Source: Planctomycetota bacterium (GTDB lineage Bacteria > Planctomycetota > MHYJ01 > JACQXL01). From it: a stretch of DNA of 64,000 nt. The stretch is from positions 97,226 to 161,225 of the forward strand of contig JACRIK010000021.1 of NCBI GenBank assembly GCA_016235865.1, in the 5' to 3' direction. The position numbers and the translations under genes were made by a program. Within the stretch, counting starts at the first letter, position 1, and the number at the start of each line of letters is the position of its first letter. This document shows positions 20,048 to 28,230 of the stretch, piece after piece. Under the pieces are notes generated by a model. It was not told where the DNA came from, did not search any database, and was given only the letters and a program-made list of their open reading frames with translations.

Positions 20048-20163
20048 ATCAATTCCCACAACCAGTTAATTGCTGGACATTCCGGGCGGGATTTTCTAAG
20101 TTTAAGGCATAAAATCAACCTCTATCAATAAAGAATTAGTGTATCCCCGGAATTAGAATTCGT

Positions 20164-22026
20164 ATGAATTTTCTGCGTAAAATATTTAAGAAGAAAGCGC
20201 AGGTTGATCCTGCCAATGATCCTAACATGGTAAAGGCCTATGATGGATATGGTCGGGAAATATTTATCTCCAAACAGCAATGGAAGGACAAGGTACTCCT
20301 GAAGAATCTAGAGGAGAAACGCAACAATCCTAATCAGCTTTATGATTGGCTTTTCTTGGCACTGAAAGATGGATTTGTGCAAGATATTGTTCCTTATGCC
20401 GAGCATTTATGGCGCACTGACCCTATTCCATCCAGGGGAGCCGCAGTACTCGGTATTGTCTATATGAAGAATAACCGCTTGGATGAGGCGGAACGAGTAT
20501 TAAATGATTTCCTGTCAGCACATGGCGATAATGGGGTTGTTCTGACTAACTTGGCAAAGGTATACGATAAACGGGGGGATAAAGCAAAAGCCGAATCAAT
20601 TCTTTGGCATGCCTTGGAGGTTGACCCTAATCAGGAAAATGGGCTTGCTTGGTATATTGCAATTCAGAGTGAGCGGGGAGGCGAAGCGTCGGTACTCGAT
20701 GCCTATCATCATATCGCCGCTTGGCCCAAAAGCTGGAGGGTCCAGCTTTGGTTGGCGCGTGAGGCGCTTGCACGCAAAGATTTGCCAGCTGCGGAGGCAT
20801 TTTACGCGGAAGTATTTGCCAGGGCTGAGCGTCCGGTTCCCGATTATGTCCTTACACAAATAAGTGGAGACTTAGGTAAGAACGGATATCTGGCAGAGAT
20901 GTTTCGTCTGGTCGAGCCTCATTTTGACCCGGCTATTCACGGCTTTAATGTTGGAAATAATCTTATAATGGCCAATCGTGAACTTGGTCGCACAGATATT
21001 GCCCGGCGTATTCTAAATCAGCTTTATGCCCAGAAACGTCCTGATTGGCAGCATGCGTTAAAGTACTGGGACACTGAACTTGCCAAAGACGAAGTAGCGC
21101 GCAAGGCGCAACAAAACCCCGGACAATCTATTGTTTTCATTTCAACAGAAGGTCCGTTATGGGCAAGTAAGGAATCCCCATTTGCAGTTCTCATGCCGGC
21201 TAAATCTGGTAACACACCGCAGATTGCCGTTTTGGGAAGCATGGCCTTGTTTTCGGAGTTATCCAAAAAGCCTGTGCCTCAACTCAGCGATGCTCCGGGC
21301 CGTATCAGCCGGATTGTTGCTCTTTTTCTGGCTGAAAAAATCCACCTTCAAACCGATGCGGTTGGTATAGCTTTAACTCCTTGGGCGCAAAAACTAGGGT
21401 TTGCTGTTTTTGGTAATCCCTACGGCGACAAGGATCTCTGTGAAGTTGCATGTAAGAGTGTGAAAGTTCCGCATTTTATCGTTGCTGTCAATTTTGATGC
21501 TACCCAGTTAAAATGGAAAATGATACTACGCTTATTGAGGGTGAGTGATTGTGTGCGTGTTGCAGAAGAACAGATTGAAGCCGATCCGCTGAATCCCGGA
21601 CCAGCTATTGAGCTTTTAGCTCAAACGCTTCAACAGTTGCTTGCTAAATACGCCGGGGTGCATATTACGGCACATCCGCAATGGTACCAGAATCTATCCG
21701 GACCGGATTTATCTGACTATCTTCTGCGGCTTGAGCAACAACTTGCAGTAATATGTAAAAATCTCGATTTCCTCGAAGGAGGAGGTTTGTTCGGGGAACA
21801 TGAAATCATTGATGGTGTTTTGCAACTCTGTCTAAGTCAGCCGGCAAGCCAATTGGTTAGAATGGTTCTGGCCCAAACGCTCCGGCAGATGAGCAAATTG
21901 CACCCGGAACTTATTTCCGAATATAAAGATAAGATTAATTTACTCCAACGGACTCATCTTCTGACAGGAGAAGTTGGCGAATTGATTAATAAAGCCATTA
22001 ATCAGACAATGACACGGACGGCTTAG
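20164..22026 (+). CDS. hypothetical protein, TPR-like N-terminal region; atypical codon usage
   Basis: 620 aa ORF; codon usage (cgt/gca/ctt, lower GC3) differs from neighbours. Confidence 0.55.
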   Translation: MNFLRKIFKKKAQVDPANDPNMVKAYDGYGREIFISKQQWKDKVLLKNLEEKRNNPNQLYDWLFLALKDGFVQDIVPYAEHLWRTDPIPSRGAAVLGIVYMKNNRLDEAERVLNDFLSAHGDNGVVLTNLAKVYDKRGDKAKAESILWHALEVDPNQENGLAWYIAIQSERGGEASVLDAYHHIAAWPKSWRVQLWLAREALARKDLPAAEAFYAEVFARAERPVPDYVLTQISGDLGKNGYLAEMFRLVEPHFDPAIHGFNVGNNLIMANRELGRTDIARRILNQLYAQKRPDWQHALKYWDTELAKDEVARKAQQNPGQSIVFISTEGPLWASKESPFAVLMPAKSGNTPQIAVLGSMALFSELSKKPVPQLSDAPGRISRIVALFLAEKIHLQTDAVGIALTPWAQKLGFAVFGNPYGDKDLCEVACKSVKVPHFIVAVNFDATQLKWKMILRLLRVSDCVRVAEEQIEADPLNPGPAIELLAQTLQQLLAKYAGVHITAHPQWYQNLSGPDLSDYLLRLEQQLAVICKNLDFLEGGGLFGEHEIIDGVLQLCLSQPASQLVRMVLAQTLRQMSKLHPELISEYKDKINLLQRTHLLTGEVGELINKAINQTMTRTA

Positions 22027-22077
22027 TGATACGACTTTCTAGTCCAGGGACACAACAAATTATCCTCCATCCTTACA

Positions 22078-22455
22078 GCGACCATAGAGTATCCCCTAAG
22101 CGGGGGCGGTCTATCCCCTAAGCGGGGATGGGCTATCCCCTAAGCGGGGAGGGGCTATCCCCTAAGCGGGGACGGGCTATCCTCTAAGCGGGGAGGGACT
22201 ACCCCCTAAGCGAGGGTGGACTATCCCCTAAGCTGGGAGGGGCTACCCCCTAAGCGGGGTGGGGCTACCCCCTAAGCGGGGATGGGCTATCCCCTAAGCG
22301 AGGTGGGGCTATCCCCTATGCGAGGTAGGGCTATCCCCTAAGCGAGGTGGGACTATTCCCTAAGCCGGGACGGGCTATCCCCTAAGCGGGGACGGACTAT
22401 CCCCTAAGCCGGGAGGGGCTACCCCCTAAGCGGGGATGGGCTATCCCCTATGCGA
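22078..22455. repeat. tandem array, ~17 copies of 22-bp unit CTATCCCCTAAGCGGGGATGGG
   Basis: head-to-tail copies with point variation, no spacers; stops in all frames. Confidence 0.9.
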
Positions 22456-22661
22456 GGATGGGGTATCACGGGTGCGGGGATGGGGGGAGGGGGGAGGGGG
22501 GATACCCCACCCCCCACCGTCTGAACCGGTTTTTGAGATAATAACTTTATGGATAAATGGTTACGCCAAAACCCGAGTGATTTTGGTAGCAGATTTCAGC
22601 CCGGATTACTTATTTAACGAGACATTAGACGACTTTTGGGGGTCGATATTGGCCTTTTGTT

Positions 22662-23636
22662 CTATGTCCCGCCAGAAGATAGGGCCAATGCGGCTGCGCC
22701 TAAGAGGCCGGCATCCTCGCCTAATTTGGCCGGGACAATCAGGGGCTTGCGATAGGGGTGTTTCATTATACTTGCCTTGACTACCTGACGCAGGGGTTTG
22801 AACAGAATCTCACCGGCCTGAGCCACTCCGCCGCCGATTACCACCATCTCCGGGTCAAAGATGTTAATCAGCGATGCGCAGGCCAGACCGAGATAATGGG
22901 CGGTGTCTTGAACAACTTCGCGGGCGAGTTTGTCGCCTTTTCTGGCTTTGTCAAATATTGTTTTAGCAGTAATGTCGTGCGTCTTGCGTCCTACGTCTTG
23001 CGTCCGGACGCCCAACGCATAACGCCCAACGCATAACGCATAGCGTTCTACAATGGCCGGTGCGCTGACCAGCGCTTCCAGATGCCCGGGTTTCCCGCAA
23101 CTGCAGTCCGGGCCATTGGGGTCTACGTTCATATGCCCGATTTCAGCGGCATAGAAATGCGAGCCGCGATATATCTGGTTGTCAATGATAATCCCGCCGC
23201 CTACGCCGGTGCCTAAGGTCAGGCAGATGAGATTCGTTGCTTTCTTCCCAGCGCCCCAGCATTTCTCACCCCAGCCGGCCAAATTGGCATCGTTGTCTAT
23301 GAAGACGGGTATTTTGAGCGCCTTCTCAAGCTCCTGTTTTACCTTCGTGCCTTTCCAGCCAATCAGATTGGGGGAGTCAGCCAGGATAATGCCTCTTTCA
23401 GCGTCAATAGAGCCGGGACAGGCGAGGCCGACACCGCGAACGGAATGACGAATGACGAATGACGAATGACGAATAACTTGATTGACTAATTGGGCAATGA
23501 GCCGGATGCCTTGTTTGCCATTGGGTGCTTTCGAGAAAGAGACCTTTTTCCTGGCCTTGATATGGCCGTTTTGGTCCACCAGCGCCGCGGTGATGTGGCT
23601 GCCGCCTAAATCGATACCAATAGCAAATTTGGTCAT
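22662..23636 (-). CDS. ROK family sugar kinase (glucokinase-like)
   Basis: 324 aa; 'KFAIGIDLGGSHITAALVD', CxCGxxGHLE zinc motif; contains in-frame repeat insertions. Confidence 0.8.
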   Translation of the reverse strand: MTKFAIGIDLGGSHITAALVDQNGHIKARKKVSFSKAPNGKQGIRLIAQLVNQVIRHSSFVIRHSVRGVGLACPGSIDAERGIILADSPNLIGWKGTKVKQELEKALKIPVFIDNDANLAGWGEKCWGAGKKATNLICLTLGTGVGGGIIIDNQIYRGSHFYAAEIGHMNVDPNGPDCSCGKPGHLEALVSAPAIVERYALCVGRYALGVRTQDVGRKTHDITAKTIFDKARKGDKLAREVVQDTAHYLGLACASLINIFDPEMVVIGGGVAQAGEILFKPLRQVVKASIMKHPYRKPLIVPAKLGEDAGLLGAAALALSSGGT

Positions 23637-23653
23637 AAGATGTATATAGTAAA

Positions 23654-23696
23654 ATCCCCCTTAATCCCCCTTTTGCAAAGGGGGAAGGGGGATTAG
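23654..23696 (-). terminator. nested poly-C/poly-G palindrome, candidate terminator for por operon
   Basis: atcccccttaatcccccttttgcaaagggggaagggggat, perfect nested inverted repeat directly downstream of porB. Confidence 0.4.
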
Positions 23697-23715
23697 AGCA
23701 AATAGTCCTATAACC

Positions 23716-24717
23716 TTAAGTGCCAACCGTCTCAAGGTCAGGTTTTTTGTCGCCCTGATTACACTTCTTGAGCAGTTTTTCCCATTCCTTATCCACATTG
23801 GCCTGGAGTTTGTTGATAAGCTCCTGGTTCGGTCCGCTCCGGTGGGTGCTCCCGGTCTCTGCGGAGTTCCCGCCCTTGGCGAAGATGTGCTTGAACCGGC
23901 CCTGGGGCTTGAGCCATTCGGTGATGGGTTTCTTTTCCTTGGGGATATAATTGAGTTTGTATTCCCCGTTTTCCACTTCATAAAGCGGCCAGTAGCAGGT
24001 ATCAGCCGCAATCCGGGCCAGGTTGATGGAGTCCTTCATCTCGTTTCGCCAGCCCCGGTGGCAGGGCGAGAGGATATTCAGGAAGCTCGGGCCGTCAGCG
24101 GCCAGTGCCTTTTTGACCTTGGTCATCAGGTCGCGCCAATGGGCCGGCGTGGTCTGGGCCAGGTAGGGGATATTATGGGCTGCCACGATGCCGGTCAGGT
24201 CCTTGCGGAAGACCGGTTTGCCGTAACTGGCCGAGCCGGCCGGGGTAGTGGTGGTGGAAGCGCCCATTGGGGTGGCGCCGGAGCGCTGGATGCCGGTATT
24301 CATATAGGCCTCGTTGTTGTAGCAGACATAGAGGAACTTGTGGCCGCGTTCCAATGCGCCGGAAAGCGCCTGCAAGCCGATATCAAAGGTCCCGCCGTCG
24401 CCGCCCACGGCGATGAATTTAATGGTCTTGGTAACCTTGCCCTGGCGTTTGAGCGACTGGTAAGCGGCCTCGATGCCGGAGATGGTCGCGGCCGAATTCT
24501 CGAAGGCGCTGTGAATCCAGTTGCATTTCCAGGCCGTATACGGATAGGTGGCGGTGGCCACATAGAGACAGCCGGTAGCCACGGACATAACCACCGGGTC
24601 TTCGGCGGCCATCAATATCTGGCGGAAGGTGGTTCCGGCGCCGCAACCGGCGCAAAGCCGGTGTCCGGAGACGAATGTTTCTTCCTTCTTGGATAATTCT
24701 TTTAAACTTAGTGCCAT
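23716..24717 (-). CDS. porB: pyruvate:ferredoxin oxidoreductase beta subunit (TPP-binding)
   Basis: 333 aa; 2-oxoacid:ferredoxin oxidoreductase beta family. Confidence 0.85.
   Translation of the reverse strand: MALSLKELSKKEETFVSGHRLCAGCGAGTTFRQILMAAEDPVVMSVATGCLYVATATYPYTAWKCNWIHSAFENSAATISGIEAAYQSLKRQGKVTKTIKFIAVGGDGGTFDIGLQALSGALERGHKFLYVCYNNEAYMNTGIQRSGATPMGASTTTTPAGSASYGKPVFRKDLTGIVAAHNIPYLAQTTPAHWRDLMTKVKKALAADGPSFLNILSPCHRGWRNEMKDSINLARIAADTCYWPLYEVENGEYKLNYIPKEKKPITEWLKPQGRFKHIFAKGGNSAETGSTHRSGPNQELINKLQANVDKEWEKLLKKCNQGDKKPDLETVGT
23828..23874. repeat. repeat family B module X inside porB 3' coding region
   Basis: ttcggtccgctccggtgggtgctcccggtctctgcggagttcccgcc. Confidence 0.85.
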
Positions 24718-24758
24718 AAAATTCCTTTCTTACTTAATTTTTGCGAAACGCCCCTTCC

Positions 24759-24827
24759 GTCATTCCCGTGTAAACGGGAATCCAGTAATCACATGGGGTC
24801 TGGATTCCTGCTTTCGCAGGAATGACA
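24759..24827. repeat. compound palindromic element (ATTCCC-N8-GGGAAT + ATTCCT-N8-AGGAAT) between porB and porA
   Basis: gtcattcccgtgtaaacgggaatccag...tggattcctgctttcgcaggaatgaca. Confidence 0.85.
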
Positions 24828-24838
24828 TAAAAGGGAAA

Positions 24839-26074
24839 TTATTCTCTTACCGTTAAATAGTCAAACACCTTATCAACCTTGCCGGCCTTGGCCACATCAA
24901 ACAATTTCTGGAATACCTTGTTGATGTCTTCCAGCCGGATATCGCGTCCGCCGATTCCATAGATGTAATTAATCATCAGGGGCTGTTTGGGCAGTCCGTA
25001 CATGGCAGACCTGACCTCGGTAAAGGTCGGGGTGCCGCCGGCGCCGAAGGCATCGACCCGGTCCATAACCGCGATGGCCTTGAGATGTTTCAGCGCGTTC
25101 TTGATTTCCTCTGCCGGGAACGGCCTGAAGATGCGGGGCTTGAGCAGCCCGACCTTGACGCCCTTGGCCCGGAGTTCATTGACCACCATCTTGGCCACGC
25201 CGGCCGCGGAATTGATGATGACCAGCGCGTATTCGGCGTCATCCAATTTGTAGGATTCGAACAGCCCGTATTTCCGGCCGGACATCTTGGCGAATTCCTC
25301 GGCCACCTCAAGTATCTTGGCCTTGCTGTTTATAATCGCCTCGGAATGCTGGCGTTTGTGTTCGGTATAATAATCCTGCAGGGCGCAGGCGCCGATAGTC
25401 ACCGGGTTATCCACATCCAGCAGTGAATTTATGGCTTTGAACTCGCCCACGAATTTCCTGACCGCCTCGTCATCGAGCAGGTCAACCCGTTCCACGGAAT
25501 GGGTGGTGATGAATCCGTCCATCGAGACCATGACCGGCAGGCGGATGTCCATATCTTCGCCGATGCGGACGGCCTGGATGAGGTTGTCATACATCTCCTG
25601 GGCGTTTTCGGAGTATATTTGGATCCAGCCGGAATCGCGTCCGCCCATGGTATCATCGTGCCCGCAGTGGATATTTAGCGGCGCGCTTAAGGAGCGGTTG
25701 GCTACATACATTATCACCGGTGTGCGCAGTCCGGCGGCGATGGGCAGCATCTCCCACATCAGGGCGAATCCGGCTGATGAGGTGGCGGTCATGGTCCGGG
25801 CGCCGGCGGCTGAAGAGCCGATACAGGCGCTCATGGAACTATGCTCGCTTTCCACCGGCACGTATTGGGTCTTGACCAGTCCGTTGGCCACGAACTCGGC
25901 GAATTCCTCCACGGCCTCGGTCTGGGGCGTAATCGGATAGGCGGCCACCACGTCCGGATTAATCTGGCGCATGGCCTCGGATACCGCGTTGTTTCCGGTC
26001 ATTGCAGCTATTCGGTTCGCTCCGGTAGGTGCTCCCGGTCTCTGCGGAGTTCTGGCGTTTTTGTTGTCTGTCAT
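24839..26074 (-). CDS. porA: pyruvate:ferredoxin oxidoreductase alpha subunit
   Basis: 411 aa; POR alpha family; repeat-derived N-terminal extension. Confidence 0.85.
   Translation of the reverse strand: MTDNKNARTPQRPGAPTGANRIAAMTGNNAVSEAMRQINPDVVAAYPITPQTEAVEEFAEFVANGLVKTQYVPVESEHSSMSACIGSSAAGARTMTATSSAGFALMWEMLPIAAGLRTPVIMYVANRSLSAPLNIHCGHDDTMGGRDSGWIQIYSENAQEMYDNLIQAVRIGEDMDIRLPVMVSMDGFITTHSVERVDLLDDEAVRKFVGEFKAINSLLDVDNPVTIGACALQDYYTEHKRQHSEAIINSKAKILEVAEEFAKMSGRKYGLFESYKLDDAEYALVIINSAAGVAKMVVNELRAKGVKVGLLKPRIFRPFPAEEIKNALKHLKAIAVMDRVDAFGAGGTPTFTEVRSAMYGLPKQPLMINYIYGIGGRDIRLEDINKVFQKLFDVAKAGKVDKVFDYLTVRE
26011..26057. repeat. repeat family B module X inside porA 5' coding region
   Basis: ttcggttcgctccggtaggtgctcccggtctctgcggagttctggcg (about 2 mismatches vs 23828-23874). 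Confidence 0.85.
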
Positions 26075-26134
26075 CTTAACGTCCCTTCTATAAGATACTT
26101 ACTTTTTTTACCGCGTCATTCCCGCCCCGTGTTT

Positions 26135-26227
26135 GTCATTCCCGCGAAAGCGGGAATCCACGGGATAAACTCCAGCGGGAATCTATACTTCTGGATTCCT
26201 GCCTACGCAGGAATGACAGAGAGTGAA
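26135..26227. repeat. compound palindromic element between porA and porD
   Basis: gtcattcccgcgaaagcgggaatcca...ctggattcctgcctacgcaggaatgaca. Confidence 0.85.
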
Positions 26228-26230
26228 TAG

Positions 26231-26524
26231 TTACTTCTTATCCTCCACCATCTGGATGGCCTTGACTTTATCCGGGCATTCCTCGGCGCAGATGCCGCAA
26301 CCCTTGCAGTATTTCAGGTCAAACTCGGCAATCTTGCCGTCCTTGACCTTGATGCAGCCATCCGGGCAGTAAATCCAGCAGAGCAGGCAGTTGGTGCATT
26401 TCTTGTTATCGTGCACCGGCTTGAGGTTGCGCCAGCCGCCGGTTTCATACTGCATACTACAGCCCGGGTCTTTGATAATTGAGCCGATAGGCATCTCGTG
26501 GCGATTCATTGTCTTCTTTGCCAT
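26231..26524 (-). CDS. porD: pyruvate:ferredoxin oxidoreductase delta subunit (2x[4Fe-4S] ferredoxin)
   Basis: 97 aa; two CxxCxxCxxxCP motifs. Confidence 0.85.
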   Translation of the reverse strand: MAKKTMNRHEMPIGSIIKDPGCSMQYETGGWRNLKPVHDNKKCTNCLLCWIYCPDGCIKVKDGKIAEFDLKYCKGCGICAEECPDKVKAIQMVEDKK

Positions 26525-26607
26525 ATTATTAATCTCCTTTTTAGAGCCAGTTAGGAACAGAGTGACTTACTGGGTCTTATCCCGGCAGTTTTTGCCGGGA
26601 CACCTCA

Positions 26608-27177
26608 TTATTCCTTTACTTCTGCGAAACCCTTTTTAATAGAGTTCAGGTTGCCCTCGACCACCTTGGCGGCGAATTTCTCGCCGAATGAATGTTTGAT
26701 ATCAGCCAGCAGACCGTCCAGCGAAACCACGTTGGTGGTCTTGACGATAGCGCCCATTATCGGCGTATTGGGCATGGTCCGGCCCAGTTCTGCGATGGAG
26801 ATGCCGGTGGCGTCCACGGTATAGATTTTATTGCCGTCCATCTTAAGTTTAGCGCGAAGTTCGGCCGGTGTCTTGGTGGTATTGACGATGATAATTCCGC
26901 CTTTATTAAGGCCTTCGGCCACGTTGACCGTATCCAGCAGCGAATCATCCAGCACCACCACCACATCCGGGTTGACCACGGAGCAGTAGAGCGAGAAATT
27001 ATCCTGGCTGACCCGGTTATAGGCGCGCATCGGAGCGCCCATCCGTTCCGGCCCGAACTCCGGCATGCCCTGGGCGTATTTGCCTTCGGTAATGGCGATT
27101 CTGGCCAGGGTCCGGGCGGCTAACATCGCTCCTTGCCCGCCCCGGGCGTGCCATCTGATTTCTGTTATTTTAGACAT
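26608..27177 (-). CDS. porG: pyruvate:ferredoxin oxidoreductase gamma subunit
   Basis: 189 aa; POR gamma family; gene order porG-D-A-B. Confidence 0.85.
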   Translation of the reverse strand: MSKITEIRWHARGGQGAMLAARTLARIAITEGKYAQGMPEFGPERMGAPMRAYNRVSQDNFSLYCSVVNPDVVVVLDDSLLDTVNVAEGLNKGGIIIVNTTKTPAELRAKLKMDGNKIYTVDATGISIAELGRTMPNTPIMGAIVKTTNVVSLDGLLADIKHSFGEKFAAKVVEGNLNSIKKGFAEVKE

Positions 27178-27207
27178 GTTTAGCGCTCCATTCTATTTCG
27201 TCTAAAT

Positions 27208-27237
27208 GTCATTGCGAGTATAGTCCCTCGCAATGAC
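27208..27237. repeat. related hairpin (gtcattgcgag..ctcgcaatgac) between porG and accD
   Basis: gtcattgcgagtatagtccctcgcaatgac. Confidence 0.6.
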
Positions 27238-27262
27238 AGAAAGAGGGTCTTTCAATAATCTC

Positions 27263-28102
27263 CTACACCAAATATTCTAACATCTTGGCCAGTTCTGCCT
27301 TCATATTCTTGCGGTCGATGACCCGGTCCACCAAACCGTGCTGGAGCATAAATTCCGAGGTTTGGAAACCCTCGGGCAGTTCCTTGCCGATGGTTTGGGC
27401 AATGACTCTCGGACCGGTGAATCCGATAAGCGCCCTGGGTTCGGCCAGGATGATATCGCCCAATCCGGCGAAACTGGCCATCACGCCGGCCATGGTCGGA
27501 TTGGTTAATATTGAGATATAAGCCACGCCGGCATCGTGCAAACGGGCCAGGGCAGCCGAGGTCTTGGCCATCTGCATCAGGGAGATGCAACCCTCATACA
27601 TCCGGGCGCCGCCGCCGGAGCCGGATACGAATATAAACGGAATCTTGAGTTCCATGGACTTTTCCGCGGCCCGGGCGAATTTCTCGCCTACCACCGAGCC
27701 CATCGAACCCATAATAAAACGGGAATCGGTCACGCCGAACATCACGTCTATGCCGTTGATTTTACCCTTGCCGACTATAACCGCGTCATTCATGCCCGTG
27801 GCCTTCTGGTCTTCGGCAACCTTATCCTTATAGGTGGACAGGGCCTTAAAACCGAGCGGGTCTTTGGAAACCATATCAGTCCAGTATTCCTCAAAGCTTC
27901 CCTTATCCATGGTTAGGGCGACGCGTTCCCGGGCGGTGATGGAGAAATGGTAATGGCATTCCGGGCAGACATTGAGCAGTTCCTTGACCTCGTTCTTGCG
28001 GACCAGGTTCTTGCAACCATCGCACTTGGTCCACTGGCCGTCCGGCATCTCCTTCTGGCGCTGGAGCACGAACTTCTTAAGGTTTCCCCATCCTTCAGAC
28101 AT
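27263..28102 (-). CDS. accD: acetyl-CoA carboxylase carboxyltransferase beta subunit
   Basis: 279 aa; N-terminal CxxC...CxxC zinc finger, AccD family. Confidence 0.85.
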   Translation of the reverse strand: MSEGWGNLKKFVLQRQKEMPDGQWTKCDGCKNLVRKNEVKELLNVCPECHYHFSITARERVALTMDKGSFEEYWTDMVSKDPLGFKALSTYKDKVAEDQKATGMNDAVIVGKGKINGIDVMFGVTDSRFIMGSMGSVVGEKFARAAEKSMELKIPFIFVSGSGGGARMYEGCISLMQMAKTSAALARLHDAGVAYISILTNPTMAGVMASFAGLGDIILAEPRALIGFTGPRVIAQTIGKELPEGFQTSEFMLQHGLVDRVIDRKNMKAELAKMLEYLV

Positions 28103-28191
28103 AGTTAGTGTTCTCCTTTATTGGTAAATTAATTTATGTAGTGTATCAAACACCAATGACCGGGTCAAGAGAAATCCTGATAAATAATTAC

Positions 28192-28220
28192 TTGACCCTG
28201 GCAGGACGGGCTGATATATA
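28192..28220 (+). promoter_or_regulatory. sigma70-like promoter TTGACC-N17-TATATA upstream of rimO
   Basis: TTGACC 28192-28197, 17-nt spacer, TATATA 28215-28220, ATG at 28231. Confidence 0.45.
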
Positions 28221-28230
28221 AAGGGCTAAT

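Noticed and set aside
22078-22455. Possible CRISPR array
   Set aside because: The 22-bp units are directly contiguous with no unique spacers and the unit is shorter than typical CRISPR repeats. No cas genes are nearby. Classified as a tandem minisatellite.
24759-26227. Neisseria origin suggested by dRS3-like ATTCCC-N8-GGGAAT repeats
   Set aside because: No DNA uptake sequences (GCCGTCTGAA) are present. Gene content (porGDAB, transcarboxylase, RCC1/HEAT proteins) and codon usage are inconsistent with Neisseria. The resemblance is to the repeat pattern only.
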